Part shown: positions 18,244 to 27,859 of the stretch, one piece after another
Layout: each line of letters starts with the position of its first letter
Numbering within the stretch: position 1 is the first letter of the stretch
Virus record (IMG/VR): IMGVR_UViG_3300008448_000001
Span: 1 to 64,000 of that record
Length of the DNA stretch: 64,000 nucleotides
Reading direction: 5' to 3' (one strand)
Notes under the pieces: model-generated
Database searches by the model: none
Told to the model about the DNA's origin: nothing
Seen by the model: the letters and a program-made list of their open reading frames with translations, nothing else
Translations under genes and position numbers: made by a program

Positions 18244-20037
18244 ATGCAAGGACAAAACCGACTACGACCGCGTTCCAAGGCCGCCACAACGCGAAATCTT
18301 TTGCCTTCCGCTGACAACGGAGCCAATTCGCCGCGGAACAATCACTTCATCAACAAAAACGCCAAGAACATCCGGCTTATCCAGCCTGAGTGCTACAAGA
18401 AAGGAGGTCTGCTCTCAATTCGTATCTGGAACATGTTAAATCCAGAGAATCCGGTCGATTTGATGAACGGACGAACTTCGCAGTACGATACGGCGGGGCT
18501 GGAAGGTGTTTCGATTTCTGAACCGGTGTTTGTATGCAGCTACGCAGGCGTGAATCGTAAAACTGACCGCATCATCGGTCACGACGACAAGGATTGCAAC
18601 CCGGTCAGCTACATCATTGCGAGAAGCAAGCAGCACGTTGTCGAAGGCGTCGATTTTTGGGAGGAGCCGTACGTCAAGTTTTGCAAGGTCGCCAAAGACG
18701 CGCACCAAAGTGGACGATTTTCGCAAAACCGCAAGTGGGACCCGGATTGGAACTGTCTTTTGCCGGCCACAATGAACAAGGCTATTTCTCCTTGGAAGCA
18801 GCAGTACTTCATCGTCGGATCGGTCTACAACAACGGCCCGAATTTGGATTTAATACGCGAGTATTCCAGTTACGAGAAGAACGGTAAGCCTTTCGAGAAA
18901 GAGGTCCCGCGTGACGGTGTTCCCTTGGGCGACGCTGCGGAAGACCCGGTGCCACTGATAACGGTGTCGGCAAGCGCTGGGCGTAAGCTTCTGGAGTTGA
19001 TGGTTCGAACGAAAGAGAAGTTCCAAGGCGATCCAGACGTTGATCCTGCGGTGATGTACAAGTACGGCGACCCCTGCGGTAAATTTGATGCGGACACACG
19101 CACTGTCAAAGGAGGTGTTTTCTTCCATCTTTTCAATCCGGATACGTTTGTACCGGACAAGACGGATCCTGTGCACAAGCAACTGGCAGGCAACACGACT
19201 TATGTTTTTGCGGCCAAACAGCCAGACGCCAAAAGTTCGAAGCTGCAGAAGGGCGGCGAGCAGGTAACGCTTTACGAGGCCGCTGTAACCAACGGCATCG
19301 TGGGGCCAAACGGCTTGGTGCTGCGACCTGGTCTAAGCACGGAACAGGTCAACAACATCACGTCAAAACATCTTTTCTTTTGGAAGGACTCGGATCAGGA
19401 TCCGGCGGATTCATTTTTCTTGTTCGAGCCATCGATCGAAGAGCGTTGCATCTGGATTGCTAATGCGTTCAAATTTGTTCCGAACTTGGTAAAGCTTTGT
19501 TGGATGAGCAATCCCGAGTACCTGGCCTTTGACGCGGTCAAAGCTGTTTTGAACAATCGTACGCAGGTCGCTATTCCGGAGTACGATCCCGAGCTAGCGG
19601 AAGAAGACGTGCAGACTACGCCTGTTGCTCCACCGGCTAGTCGCAGCACAAGGCAGCCTAAACCGCAACCAGTTGCAGACGTTCCTTTCGAGGACTTTGA
19701 CGCGGTGGCAGAGGAGGATGTCTCGCAGGTTTCGGTGGAGGATCCAGCCGGATTGGACGCGGAGGACCTGATGGATTCTTTTGAAAACGAAGGTGAAATC
19801 GAAGCCGAAACCGATGATCTTGAAGTCGACGAGGGCGGAGAGATCATCGAACAGTTTCAGCACGTGGAAGCGTTTGAAGACGAGGTTTCTGCGGACTTCG
19901 ACGTTCAAACGGGTGACACCGAAGATGAAGCCGGTGCCAGCGAGGTCGATCCTTTCCAGGCCAGTGTTAACAAGAGCATGGCGGCAGCCAAGGCAATTTC
20001 GCGTTCTTCGTCGCGAGGTTCAAAGCCGAAGGCCTAG
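18244..20037 (+). CDS. hypothetical protein with long acidic C-terminal tail (possible SSB/recombination factor)
   Basis: about 597 aa; D/E-rich tail; lies between tmk and the RecA-like gene. Confidence 0.7.
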   Translation: MQGQNRLRPRSKAATTRNLLPSADNGANSPRNNHFINKNAKNIRLIQPECYKKGGLLSIRIWNMLNPENPVDLMNGRTSQYDTAGLEGVSISEPVFVCSYAGVNRKTDRIIGHDDKDCNPVSYIIARSKQHVVEGVDFWEEPYVKFCKVAKDAHQSGRFSQNRKWDPDWNCLLPATMNKAISPWKQQYFIVGSVYNNGPNLDLIREYSSYEKNGKPFEKEVPRDGVPLGDAAEDPVPLITVSASAGRKLLELMVRTKEKFQGDPDVDPAVMYKYGDPCGKFDADTRTVKGGVFFHLFNPDTFVPDKTDPVHKQLAGNTTYVFAAKQPDAKSSKLQKGGEQVTLYEAAVTNGIVGPNGLVLRPGLSTEQVNNITSKHLFFWKDSDQDPADSFFLFEPSIEERCIWIANAFKFVPNLVKLCWMSNPEYLAFDAVKAVLNNRTQVAIPEYDPELAEEDVQTTPVAPPASRSTRQPKPQPVADVPFEDFDAVAEEDVSQVSVEDPAGLDAEDLMDSFENEGEIEAETDDLEVDEGGEIIEQFQHVEAFEDEVSADFDVQTGDTEDEAGASEVDPFQASVNKSMAAAKAISRSSSRGSKPKA

Positions 20038-20061
20038 TTTATCAGTTTAGTTTTTTGCCTC

Positions 20062-20092
20062 GCGTAGCCGGTTAAGCCGGCTACGCTTCTTT
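20062..20092 (+). terminator. hairpin, probable intrinsic terminator
   Basis: GCGTAGCCGG 20062-20071 / CCGGCTACGC 20077-20086 followed by TTCTTT. Confidence 0.55.
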
Positions 20093-20101
20093 GGAGCTGT
20101 T

Positions 20102-21649
20102 ATGTCCGATTACGATGAGTTCATTGACGACCCTTTGGCTGTGCCGCCGGACGAGCCGAAACCTGCGACAAGCGAACCGGAGGGAGAGATTGCGGCGGAA
20201 CCCGAGGTAATTGATAAGCCCGAAAAGGTGACGAGTACCTCCAAGTCGCAGGCTTCAAAAAAGCCGGATAAAGCTAAAAACGAAAAAAAGAAGGATGTTA
20301 AAAACGCAATTAACCGCAAGGTCGCGGAAGCGAAGCCACAGTCAACAGGTAAGCTTGCGGTTTTTCACGACGATCGAAATTTGACCAAAGCTGGAAAAGC
20401 GGTTTTGGCCGATAAATGGTCGGAAGAAAACCGTGGAAAATCTCGAAACGGCATGATGGCCGCTTTCACGGCTGCGGCGAAAGAGAAATTTGGTGCGACG
20501 AAGGTTTTCGGTAGCAAGCAAGAGCTGGAGCAGCTTTGCGTGGGTATTCCGACTCCGTCGTTGCCAATCGAGTACGTTATTGCAAACGACGTATTGCCGT
20601 TTGCCTTGATGATGCTCGCTGGAAGCTGGGGTTCGTGCAAAAGCTCACTGCTTTTTGAGTTCTTTCGTTGGGTCCACGAGTTGAATGGTCTTCCGTTTCA
20701 CCTTGACACGGAGGCCAAGTTCGACGGCGATTTTGCATGCCGCATTATGCGGCAAACGGAAGGTCCGTTGCCTTTCAATTCCAACCGATGCAATTCCACG
20801 GAGGAGTGGCAGTCCATGTTCACGCACTATGTTTCCGAGGTTAAACGATTGCTTCGAGGGACTAAAGAAGAGCCTGGTCCTGGTGCAACCATTCCTGTTG
20901 CTATTGGTTTGGATTCGCTTGCGGCAAGCTTGTCGGAGGAAATTCAAGACAAGGTGATGGAAGAAGGTTATGCGAATCGGGCACACCCGGTTGACGCGTT
21001 GAAAAATAAAAACTACCTGAATGCGATCATACCGAAGCTTGCCAATCATCCTTTCATGGTTTTCATTGTAAACCATTTGAAGACACGCAAGGACGATCGC
21101 GGTATCGAGCACGCGTACACGTTAGGTGGCGGGAACGTGAACTTCCGAGAATCCATCGAGCTCCACATGTCCGTGTGGCGAAGTAAGTTCAAAAACGCTC
21201 AGTTTGAGGGCATAGGCGTGCGTATAGCCTGTGCAAAAAATTCCTTCGGGCCAACGCATCGCGCCATCAAGACTCGTTTCTTGTGGTGGTACGATGAGGA
21301 CGAGGTTACTGGCGAACTTGTTCAGCGTGTGACCTGGGACTGGGATTGGGCTATATGCGATCTTCTGCAATCAGCGGAAGGCATCAATAAAAACCGGCTG
21401 AAGAAAGCTGACCTGGAGTTGAAGGTCAAATCTGCGGCGGCGGATATTGAGTGCTTGGCTAACATGCGAGCGTTAGGCATGGGTAAGGACGAGTATTTGT
21501 CTTGGCAGGAGGTGGGGCGAATGATCCACGAGAATGCAGAAGTTTCGCAGCGAATACGTGAAGCTTTGGGCATTAAAATACGGCCAAAGCTTGTGGACGG
21601 AATATCGTTGCAGGACATTCAGGCAAAATACAGAAAGGCGGCTGAATAA
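20102..21649 (+). CDS. RecA/UvsX-like recombinase with low-complexity N-terminal extension
   Basis: GSWGSCKS Walker A variant, LDTE, LDSLAA, VNHL, TLGG..VNF, KNSFGP. Confidence 0.85.
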   Translation: MSDYDEFIDDPLAVPPDEPKPATSEPEGEIAAEPEVIDKPEKVTSTSKSQASKKPDKAKNEKKKDVKNAINRKVAEAKPQSTGKLAVFHDDRNLTKAGKAVLADKWSEENRGKSRNGMMAAFTAAAKEKFGATKVFGSKQELEQLCVGIPTPSLPIEYVIANDVLPFALMMLAGSWGSCKSSLLFEFFRWVHELNGLPFHLDTEAKFDGDFACRIMRQTEGPLPFNSNRCNSTEEWQSMFTHYVSEVKRLLRGTKEEPGPGATIPVAIGLDSLAASLSEEIQDKVMEEGYANRAHPVDALKNKNYLNAIIPKLANHPFMVFIVNHLKTRKDDRGIEHAYTLGGGNVNFRESIELHMSVWRSKFKNAQFEGIGVRIACAKNSFGPTHRAIKTRFLWWYDEDEVTGELVQRVTWDWDWAICDLLQSAEGINKNRLKKADLELKVKSAAADIECLANMRALGMGKDEYLSWQEVGRMIHENAEVSQRIREALGIKIRPKLVDGISLQDIQAKYRKAAE

Positions 21650-22188
21650 TGACCGACAGGCCCCAGCATCCGAATAATCCTTTGCTGTCGAAATTCCAGG
21701 CCATGGACGCTGGCGATGTTACGAAAGCAGCTTGGGAGCACAGTAGAATAATGCACATTGTGCAGGTCATGGGTTACAAGACTTTGATTGCGGACTTGAA
21801 GCGTGTCTCGCAAGGAAGCTCGTTTACCTTGGGTGACTTCCACCAGGTGTGCGATGATTTTCCGGTATATCTTTTCGCGGAGACGTTGAAAGGTAGCCCG
21901 CCTATTCACCGGGATAACCGCTCGGTGCATCCGATGTGGTTTAAGTCTTTTACGTCTGTTCCTTTTGTTAAGGCTTACATTGAAAGAAGCAAGACGTTTC
22001 CGGCAGGTCGGCCCGTTGGTATGCTCTTTCCTCGGAAAGGTTTCCAACAGGGTATGATCATTCACGACGGCGATCCCGAGAGATTCGTGCCTCCGGGCTC
22101 AAGCTGTCACCTTTACAGGGGCGACGGCGGGACTACTATGATAGTTCAGCCCTTCACTGGCTTTTTGAACCATTTGAAAACGTTTTAG
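21649..22188 (+). CDS. hypothetical protein
   Basis: TAATG coupling to the RecA-like gene. Confidence 0.7.
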   Translation: MTDRPQHPNNPLLSKFQAMDAGDVTKAAWEHSRIMHIVQVMGYKTLIADLKRVSQGSSFTLGDFHQVCDDFPVYLFAETLKGSPPIHRDNRSVHPMWFKSFTSVPFVKAYIERSKTFPAGRPVGMLFPRKGFQQGMIIHDGDPERFVPPGSSCHLYRGDGGTTMIVQPFTGFLNHLKTF

Positions 22189-22197
22189 GAGTAGGTT

Positions 22198-22983
22198 ATG
22201 ACTTTGAATCTGTCGAAGAAAAGGCAGGCTGTTTTCAACTCAATGTCTGCAACCACGCAGGACATTGCGAAGAAGATCGGCGAAAAAGTGCTGGCAGCGG
22301 GAAAGGTTGGTGTCTTGCTTTATTATGACATAGGGCAGGCCATTGACCTTCTTTACAAGTCGGAAGACTTGGCTGACGCAGAAAAACGCAGCGAGATGCA
22401 AAAGTTGGCAGCTTTCCTGGGTAAGGACGGGTTTAGCCTGACGCAGCTTACGGACTACCGTAACGTAGCGGTAACGTTTCCGCGTGAGTATTTGTTGCAA
22501 CAAGTCGCTGAACCATTGGCCGACGGAAAATACTTGACTTTCGCGCATTTTCGCGAGCTTCAAAAGCTTTCGAGTGAAAGTCGGCGAGAGTCATTGCTGG
22601 TCAAGATACGGAAGAACTCGTTATCGGCAAAAGAACTTTCCGTTGAAATTTCCAGCAAGAAAGAGGCGGACGTCAAGCGGAACGGAGGAAGGAAGCCGGG
22701 GATTCCGAAATCTCCAAACGCCATGTTGCAGAAGCTCATCAACAGCACGCAACAAACAGGAAACTATCTGCACGAGATGCTTGATCCGTTTTCGACGGCT
22801 GTTGCGGAGATTGAGTCGGACGCGTTTGACCCGGCTTTCGTGCAAAATCTTGACGTTGCCATTCTTAAGCTTGAGGAGACCGAGAAGGCTTTGGGCTCGG
22901 CGAGAGAGAAGCTTAAGACGGCTCGATCAAAGTCGGAGGCGGCATCAAAACCGGTAGCGACAGCCGCTAAGAAGTCTTCGTAA
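22198..22983 (+). CDS. hypothetical helical protein
   Basis: AGGAG upstream; 261 aa. Confidence 0.75.
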   Translation: MTLNLSKKRQAVFNSMSATTQDIAKKIGEKVLAAGKVGVLLYYDIGQAIDLLYKSEDLADAEKRSEMQKLAAFLGKDGFSLTQLTDYRNVAVTFPREYLLQQVAEPLADGKYLTFAHFRELQKLSSESRRESLLVKIRKNSLSAKELSVEISSKKEADVKRNGGRKPGIPKSPNAMLQKLINSTQQTGNYLHEMLDPFSTAVAEIESDAFDPAFVQNLDVAILKLEETEKALGSAREKLKTARSKSEAASKPVATAAKKSS

Positions 22984-22987
22984 CGTA

Positions 22988-23806
22988 ATGTTTACGGTGT
23001 GTGTGTTGCTTTATGGCGACTACCCTGAACTGGCTAAGCGCGTGCTAGGGTCTATCTCTAGCACGCATTTAGTCGGAGAAGTTCGTCTTGGGCTTAACGC
23101 AGTGTCCGAGGCGACATTTTCTTTTGCGCAAGAGTGGGCAGCTGAAAAGTCCGCTTCGGTTCCGGTGAAAACATATCGCCCGAGCGGCAACAAAAACGTT
23201 GGCAAGTATCCGTTGATGAGTCGCATGTTTGTTGGCTTGCGTACTTCTCATGTTATGTGGTTCGACGACGACAGCTTTTTAGTTAACGCCGTCCCGGAGT
23301 GGTGGCAAACCGTACTTAGCCACGCTGCTTTATTCGATGTTTACGGAAGTCTGCATCGAATAAAGCAGCGAGGTAACCAGTACTTGGCTATTCCGCAACA
23401 ATCTTGGTTTGGCGGTAAGCCCGTTTCTCCTCGTCACGTATACGACTTTGCCACGGGGGGATGGTGGGTGGGTAATGTTGGTTTTCTGCGTAAGTGGGGC
23501 TACCCTTTTCCGCAGCTGCAACACAACGGAGGTGATTCCGTTCTGGGCGAGTTGGTGCGGCAACAGGGTGCCAAGCTAGGGCACGCCAGCACTTCAGTTG
23601 CAGTTTGCTACTGCGAGGCTTGTGCCAAAGTCTCACAGGCGATCCGATCGCGGCCTATTGGTGGCGTTAACATCAACGTGGGCGGTCGAGCAGGTAGACG
23701 CGGTATAGGCGTTTCCGAGGAGAACTACGTTTTCTCGGACGGCAACCCGTTTCCGTCTTTATTGCATCATTCTTTTGACGTGGAAGTGCTGAATTATGGA
23801 GTTTGA
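22988..23806 (+). CDS. GT-A fold (family 2-like) glycosyltransferase
   Basis: N-terminal beta strand, NVGKYP, VMWFDDDS (DxD), FATGGW, GGD. Confidence 0.7.
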   Translation: MFTVCVLLYGDYPELAKRVLGSISSTHLVGEVRLGLNAVSEATFSFAQEWAAEKSASVPVKTYRPSGNKNVGKYPLMSRMFVGLRTSHVMWFDDDSFLVNAVPEWWQTVLSHAALFDVYGSLHRIKQRGNQYLAIPQQSWFGGKPVSPRHVYDFATGGWWVGNVGFLRKWGYPFPQLQHNGGDSVLGELVRQQGAKLGHASTSVAVCYCEACAKVSQAIRSRPIGGVNINVGGRAGRRGIGVSEENYVFSDGNPFPSLLHHSFDVEVLNYGV

Positions 23807-24353
23807 TATTGAACAAATGAGACCGGAAGACGGCTTTCATTCGCAGGTTGTTGACGGTGAGCTTATTTTTGATTTAACGTACAAAGGCGAAAAAGTTTTT
23901 AGCGAGGTTTTTTCCGACGAAGACTGTTTCAAAGACGCTGGGGACTTCGCGGCATCGCGGCTCGATCGAGTGCGGTTATTGTTGCAGTCGTTCGCGGATT
24001 TTTTCAACGCTGGAGGATCGCTATCCGAGCTTAAAGACTTCAGTCGTGCGACAGCGCAGGCTGTAATTGCGAGGCAAATATGCGATAACCCGGAGTCTCC
24101 CGTTTTGAACTACGGGAAGTATGTTAACGTCGATACGCTGAAGAGCGATCACGTGATGCACACATTTTTAAACGTGGAAACGAACCGCGAAGTGGCTTGG
24201 GAACGGTTTTATTTTATTGACCTGGACGCTCAAATTTTCGAGGACGGAGAGAACCATGTCCGACTTGCCCCCGGTACCTTCGATGTCCATCCCGACAATT
24301 CTTGCGAAGCGGGACAAACTGACAGCGGCCCTGACCTCCTTCTTGGGGAATGA
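23796..24353 (+). CDS. hypothetical protein
   Basis: 185 aa ORF. Confidence 0.65.
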   Translation: MEFDIEQMRPEDGFHSQVVDGELIFDLTYKGEKVFSEVFSDEDCFKDAGDFAASRLDRVRLLLQSFADFFNAGGSLSELKDFSRATAQAVIARQICDNPESPVLNYGKYVNVDTLKSDHVMHTFLNVETNREVAWERFYFIDLDAQIFEDGENHVRLAPGTFDVHPDNSCEAGQTDSGPDLLLGE

Positions 24354-25167
24354 ACTGACGCAGGGTACGTATGACGCCTTTTCGGATAAGCTGTTGGAAG
24401 CTTTGCCCGAGGGTATGCCTTCAAGTTCAGTGCGTAACAGCATAAAAAGCCTCACGGGAAAAGTCCTAACGGACAGCTTGCTGCTGGAACTGTGCTGGCG
24501 AATAGCTGCTAACGTTGACACGTTGTGGGTCGGTAAACCGGTTATCGACTGGACATTCCAGTCGAAATTCGAATGGATCCCGGCTTGCATCGAAGAAATC
24601 CACGTTGTAAAGCAAGATGGCAATTTAAAGCACCGCCTTGTGTTCCAGTCGCTAGCGGGTTCCATTGTTCCGTACAAGCTGGTTCAAAATTGGTCGTTCG
24701 AAAAAACAACCTACTTGGCTGTTTTCAAGGACAGTCGAGGTCTAGGTTTTGGCTTTAACCGGTCTAAGATCAACAAGCGAGGAGAGAACACTGCCAAGCG
24801 TCTTTTCTGGGACTACAGGCAGTGTGTAGGTTTGAGGTGCTTTTTACTACTGGACCCGGTTAAGTCTAAGGCCAGGAATGAACCTGTTGCCACGGAAATC
24901 GGGCACAATTCGGCGACAATGTCCTACAACAAAGGGCTTATAAAAAAGCGAGACAGGAGTATCACCCCTTGCTTTTATCGCCTATCGGACGATATAGAAT
25001 GCCACAACTGTCCGTACGGTTCGGACAGATGTGAAATGGCAACGCACCCTAGAACGTATACCGTATCGGTTTGCAAACAGTGCACAGTGCGTAGTTATCA
25101 CGATTCCGGAGATAGACTTCACCCTGACGTTTGTGTAAACTGTGCGTCTTACAGGAGAAGACAATAA
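24256..25167 (+). CDS. hypothetical protein with Cys-rich (Zn-binding) C-terminus
   Basis: CHNCPYG..RC, CKQC, CVNC motifs. Confidence 0.7.
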   Translation: MSDLPPVPSMSIPTILAKRDKLTAALTSFLGNELTQGTYDAFSDKLLEALPEGMPSSSVRNSIKSLTGKVLTDSLLLELCWRIAANVDTLWVGKPVIDWTFQSKFEWIPACIEEIHVVKQDGNLKHRLVFQSLAGSIVPYKLVQNWSFEKTTYLAVFKDSRGLGFGFNRSKINKRGENTAKRLFWDYRQCVGLRCFLLLDPVKSKARNEPVATEIGHNSATMSYNKGLIKKRDRSITPCFYRLSDDIECHNCPYGSDRCEMATHPRTYTVSVCKQCTVRSYHDSGDRLHPDVCVNCASYRRRQ

Positions 25168-25169
25168 CA

Positions 25170-25676
25170 ATGCAAGCTAGAATGTCCAAGGGCGACGACC
25201 GCCTTTACAACCCAGGAAGAGACGTTGCCCACAATTTTAAAGAGGTTATGGAGTCGGTTGCGGCCAGGCTCGAAGACTCTGCATGTTGGAAGGAGCTCCG
25301 GGAGGTCTTGGCTCGCGAGAAGGTAACGGACAATGACTTGGGTGAGGCATGTGCGGCTTACTGTCGTTACTTGGTAACGTCCGCCAACTCACCAAAGGTT
25401 CCCATGGCGGAGGCGATCGAACTTGCTGGCTTTTTCAAAACAAAGCCGGCGGCACAGGTTGCAGTCATGGCGATGATCGGTACCGTGTACGCGGGCATTC
25501 AGCACGTCGGAATTCGGGAAGCAACGCTTGGAGGCGTTGGGCCTTTGCAAGACGCGAAGTCTTTGGTTCGCGAGGCGGAGTCGCTAACGCGTTACATGCG
25601 TTATCCTCGTTGGTTTCGAAAAGCGTACCGGTTTTGCGTTAAGCTAAAAACGGCTTTAGCCGCTTCTTCCTCTTAG
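25170..25676 (+). CDS. hypothetical protein
   Basis: AGGAG upstream; 168 aa. Confidence 0.7.
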   Translation: MQARMSKGDDRLYNPGRDVAHNFKEVMESVAARLEDSACWKELREVLAREKVTDNDLGEACAAYCRYLVTSANSPKVPMAEAIELAGFFKTKPAAQVAVMAMIGTVYAGIQHVGIREATLGGVGPLQDAKSLVREAESLTRYMRYPRWFRKAYRFCVKLKTALAASSS

Positions 25677-25690
25677 GTGAACGCTGGCTC

Positions 25691-26671
25691 ATGATAGTAA
25701 ACGAATGGAGTCCAAGGTTTAAGAAACAATACGGAGGTCGTTTCCCGCGATCCTACCTTTGTTTCGACACCGAGTTTACTGGTAACAGCCAGCAGAGTGA
25801 CCTCGTAATGGAGATCGGCCACGTTATAGTCGAAGATAACGTGGTCGTGGACCACGGAAGCTTTGTGCTTAACTGGTACGCAGCCAAGATAGACGCGGGA
25901 TGGTTGGATTATAAGCTTGGCAGTCTACGAAGTGTTATCGGCGAAAGTTGGCGATTAAATCCGGCTTTCGTCAAATCAAAAGGGCACGATCCGCTTAACG
26001 TACTTCGTTTCTATCATGAATTGTTTGACGCTTGGAAGAAAAGAGATTTGCCGTTCGTCGCTCAAAATGGAGTTTGGGCGGACGAGAAAATGATCCGCAG
26101 TAATTTTAATCGTTTCCTAAACAGGAATTTTGAGCTGCCTTCTTCCGGTTACTTTGACACGGGCGTGCTATTCAAGGCAAATCGTGTCTTTGAGCCGGAC
26201 AGTCCCTTTAAGGCGTACAAGAACATCGTTTTCCCGGTCGCAGGTGAGTCGCTCCGAGATTACTTTATACGCATAGCTGGCGTCAAGATTTCGGGTTTGA
26301 AGTGGAACATGTCCGCTATACTTGCTTTCTACGGACTCACGGAAAAACACGCTATTGACGTCGGGCAGCTCCACGGTGCGGCATTTGACGCGATGTGCGT
26401 GCACCACATCATGCAGCACTACCGGTCATTGGTGGTGGAAGAAACTGCCAACGAGACGGTAAGCGTCGATACGTCTAAAAGCGATACGCCTGTGGATCCC
26501 TTTTCGGCGAAAGGGTTGGGGGAGCTTGTCGAAAGGGAAATAGCCGAAATTGAGGTTGACTTGCAAGCTAAAAAGGTTGAAAGTTTATCACCGCTGCCGA
26601 CAATAAGCAGACCTGCTAGAAACACACCCGCCGTATCGCCTTCCCAGCGAAGAAAGCAAAGGCCAGTTTGA
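25691..26671 (+). CDS. DEDDh 3'-5' exonuclease (DnaQ-like)
   Basis: FDTEFTG, AQN...D, DT, HGAAFDA. Confidence 0.85.
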   Translation: MIVNEWSPRFKKQYGGRFPRSYLCFDTEFTGNSQQSDLVMEIGHVIVEDNVVVDHGSFVLNWYAAKIDAGWLDYKLGSLRSVIGESWRLNPAFVKSKGHDPLNVLRFYHELFDAWKKRDLPFVAQNGVWADEKMIRSNFNRFLNRNFELPSSGYFDTGVLFKANRVFEPDSPFKAYKNIVFPVAGESLRDYFIRIAGVKISGLKWNMSAILAFYGLTEKHAIDVGQLHGAAFDAMCVHHIMQHYRSLVVEETANETVSVDTSKSDTPVDPFSAKGLGELVEREIAEIEVDLQAKKVESLSPLPTISRPARNTPAVSPSQRRKQRPV

Positions 26672-27138
26672 TGTCTGAAGAGTATCAGTTTTATGTGCCA
26701 CAGGACAAGCTTGCGGACTACAGGGTTAAACACGCCCCGGCAGCTTGTCCTATTCTCGGCATGACCGGTGAAAAATTCCATCCAGTGGTCGACCACGATC
26801 ACAAGTCCGGCAGAATACGTGGCGTGATTTCGCTGGAGGTTAACGCTTTGATAGGCAAGGCGGAGAACTTCTATCGAAGCCGATGCGTGAACACTTCGGT
26901 TTCGTTGCCAGACGCTTTACGGCTTATTGCGGATTACTTGGAATCGTCGCAGGGCCCGTACCACCCTGTCGGCATTAGGCAGGTCGCCAAGCGTTTCGGG
27001 CGTTTGCCCAAGAAAGACCAAATTGATACCCTTCTTTCGATGGGGGTCGCCACAAGCCAAATTGAGGCTTGCAAGAGCGCGGCTAAAAGACAGGCTTTGT
27101 GGCGTAAATCGGTAGTTGCCGGAAGGGGCGTAAGCTGA
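26668..27138 (+). CDS. endonuclease VII-like (Holliday junction resolvase)
   Basis: CPIL ... VVDHDHKSGRIRGVI...N...GK. Confidence 0.85.
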   Translation: MMSEEYQFYVPQDKLADYRVKHAPAACPILGMTGEKFHPVVDHDHKSGRIRGVISLEVNALIGKAENFYRSRCVNTSVSLPDALRLIADYLESSQGPYHPVGIRQVAKRFGRLPKKDQIDTLLSMGVATSQIEACKSAAKRQALWRKSVVAGRGVS

Positions 27139-27857
27139 TGCTAATTTTCGTGAATTGGAGCGAGACGAGTCAAGTTATCAAGTGGTGGGAGCAGCAACTC
27201 ACTCGTGTGTCCGAGTTGCCTAAGGAAGACAGGGCTGCGTACACGGCAGACGCTGTGGCTGCAAGTCCGGAGTTTCAAGTGTTGCTCAAGCAATGCGAAG
27301 AGCCTTTTAAAGTGCTTGATCAAATGCAAAGCGCGGATCCTTTTAATTACTCGCTCATGGCAGTGCGTTTCACCGTTCCGAGCTTGCAGAAGTCGGCAAA
27401 GTACAGCCTTTCCAACCGACTGCCCGGCGTTCCGGACGCTAAGCCTCCTGTAAGCCTGGCCTGCAAATCTTTTCTGTCGGCCACGTTCAAGGACTTTTTC
27501 TTTCAGTACTTGAAGCCGAAAGCTGAAAACAACTTCACATTCGTCAGTTTTACAAGTGAGACAGACTTTTTTCAACTACTCGTGAACGCGTGCGCTGTGT
27601 TAGACAGTCCCATACCGCAGGGTATCGCGGCTTTCTCGCGTTGCAACCACATACGTGTCGACGAGAGCGAGGCTTTGCGACTAGTGCAAACCTACGTGCG
27701 TTTGAATAAGGTTAAGCTGCAGCAGGCAGGCACACTCGCTACACACGAAGAGCTGCTTAAGAACTATCAGCCTGGCGTCAGCGTGGACAGTTCAAGCCTA
27801 TTGCTACTCACGGCGGCGAACATTCAAGGTATCACGGAAACGGAGTCTTCAAGTTAG
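27138..27857 (+). CDS. hypothetical protein
   Basis: TGATG coupling; 239 aa. Confidence 0.7.
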   Translation: MLIFVNWSETSQVIKWWEQQLTRVSELPKEDRAAYTADAVAASPEFQVLLKQCEEPFKVLDQMQSADPFNYSLMAVRFTVPSLQKSAKYSLSNRLPGVPDAKPPVSLACKSFLSATFKDFFFQYLKPKAENNFTFVSFTSETDFFQLLVNACAVLDSPIPQGIAAFSRCNHIRVDESEALRLVQTYVRLNKVKLQQAGTLATHEELLKNYQPGVSVDSSSLLLLTAANIQGITETESSS

Positions 27858-27859
27858 TC

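Noticed and set aside
24256-24353. 98-bp overlap of two + strand ORFs as a programmed frameshift
   Set aside because: The downstream ORF has its own GGAGAG plus ATG, and I saw no convincing slippery site.
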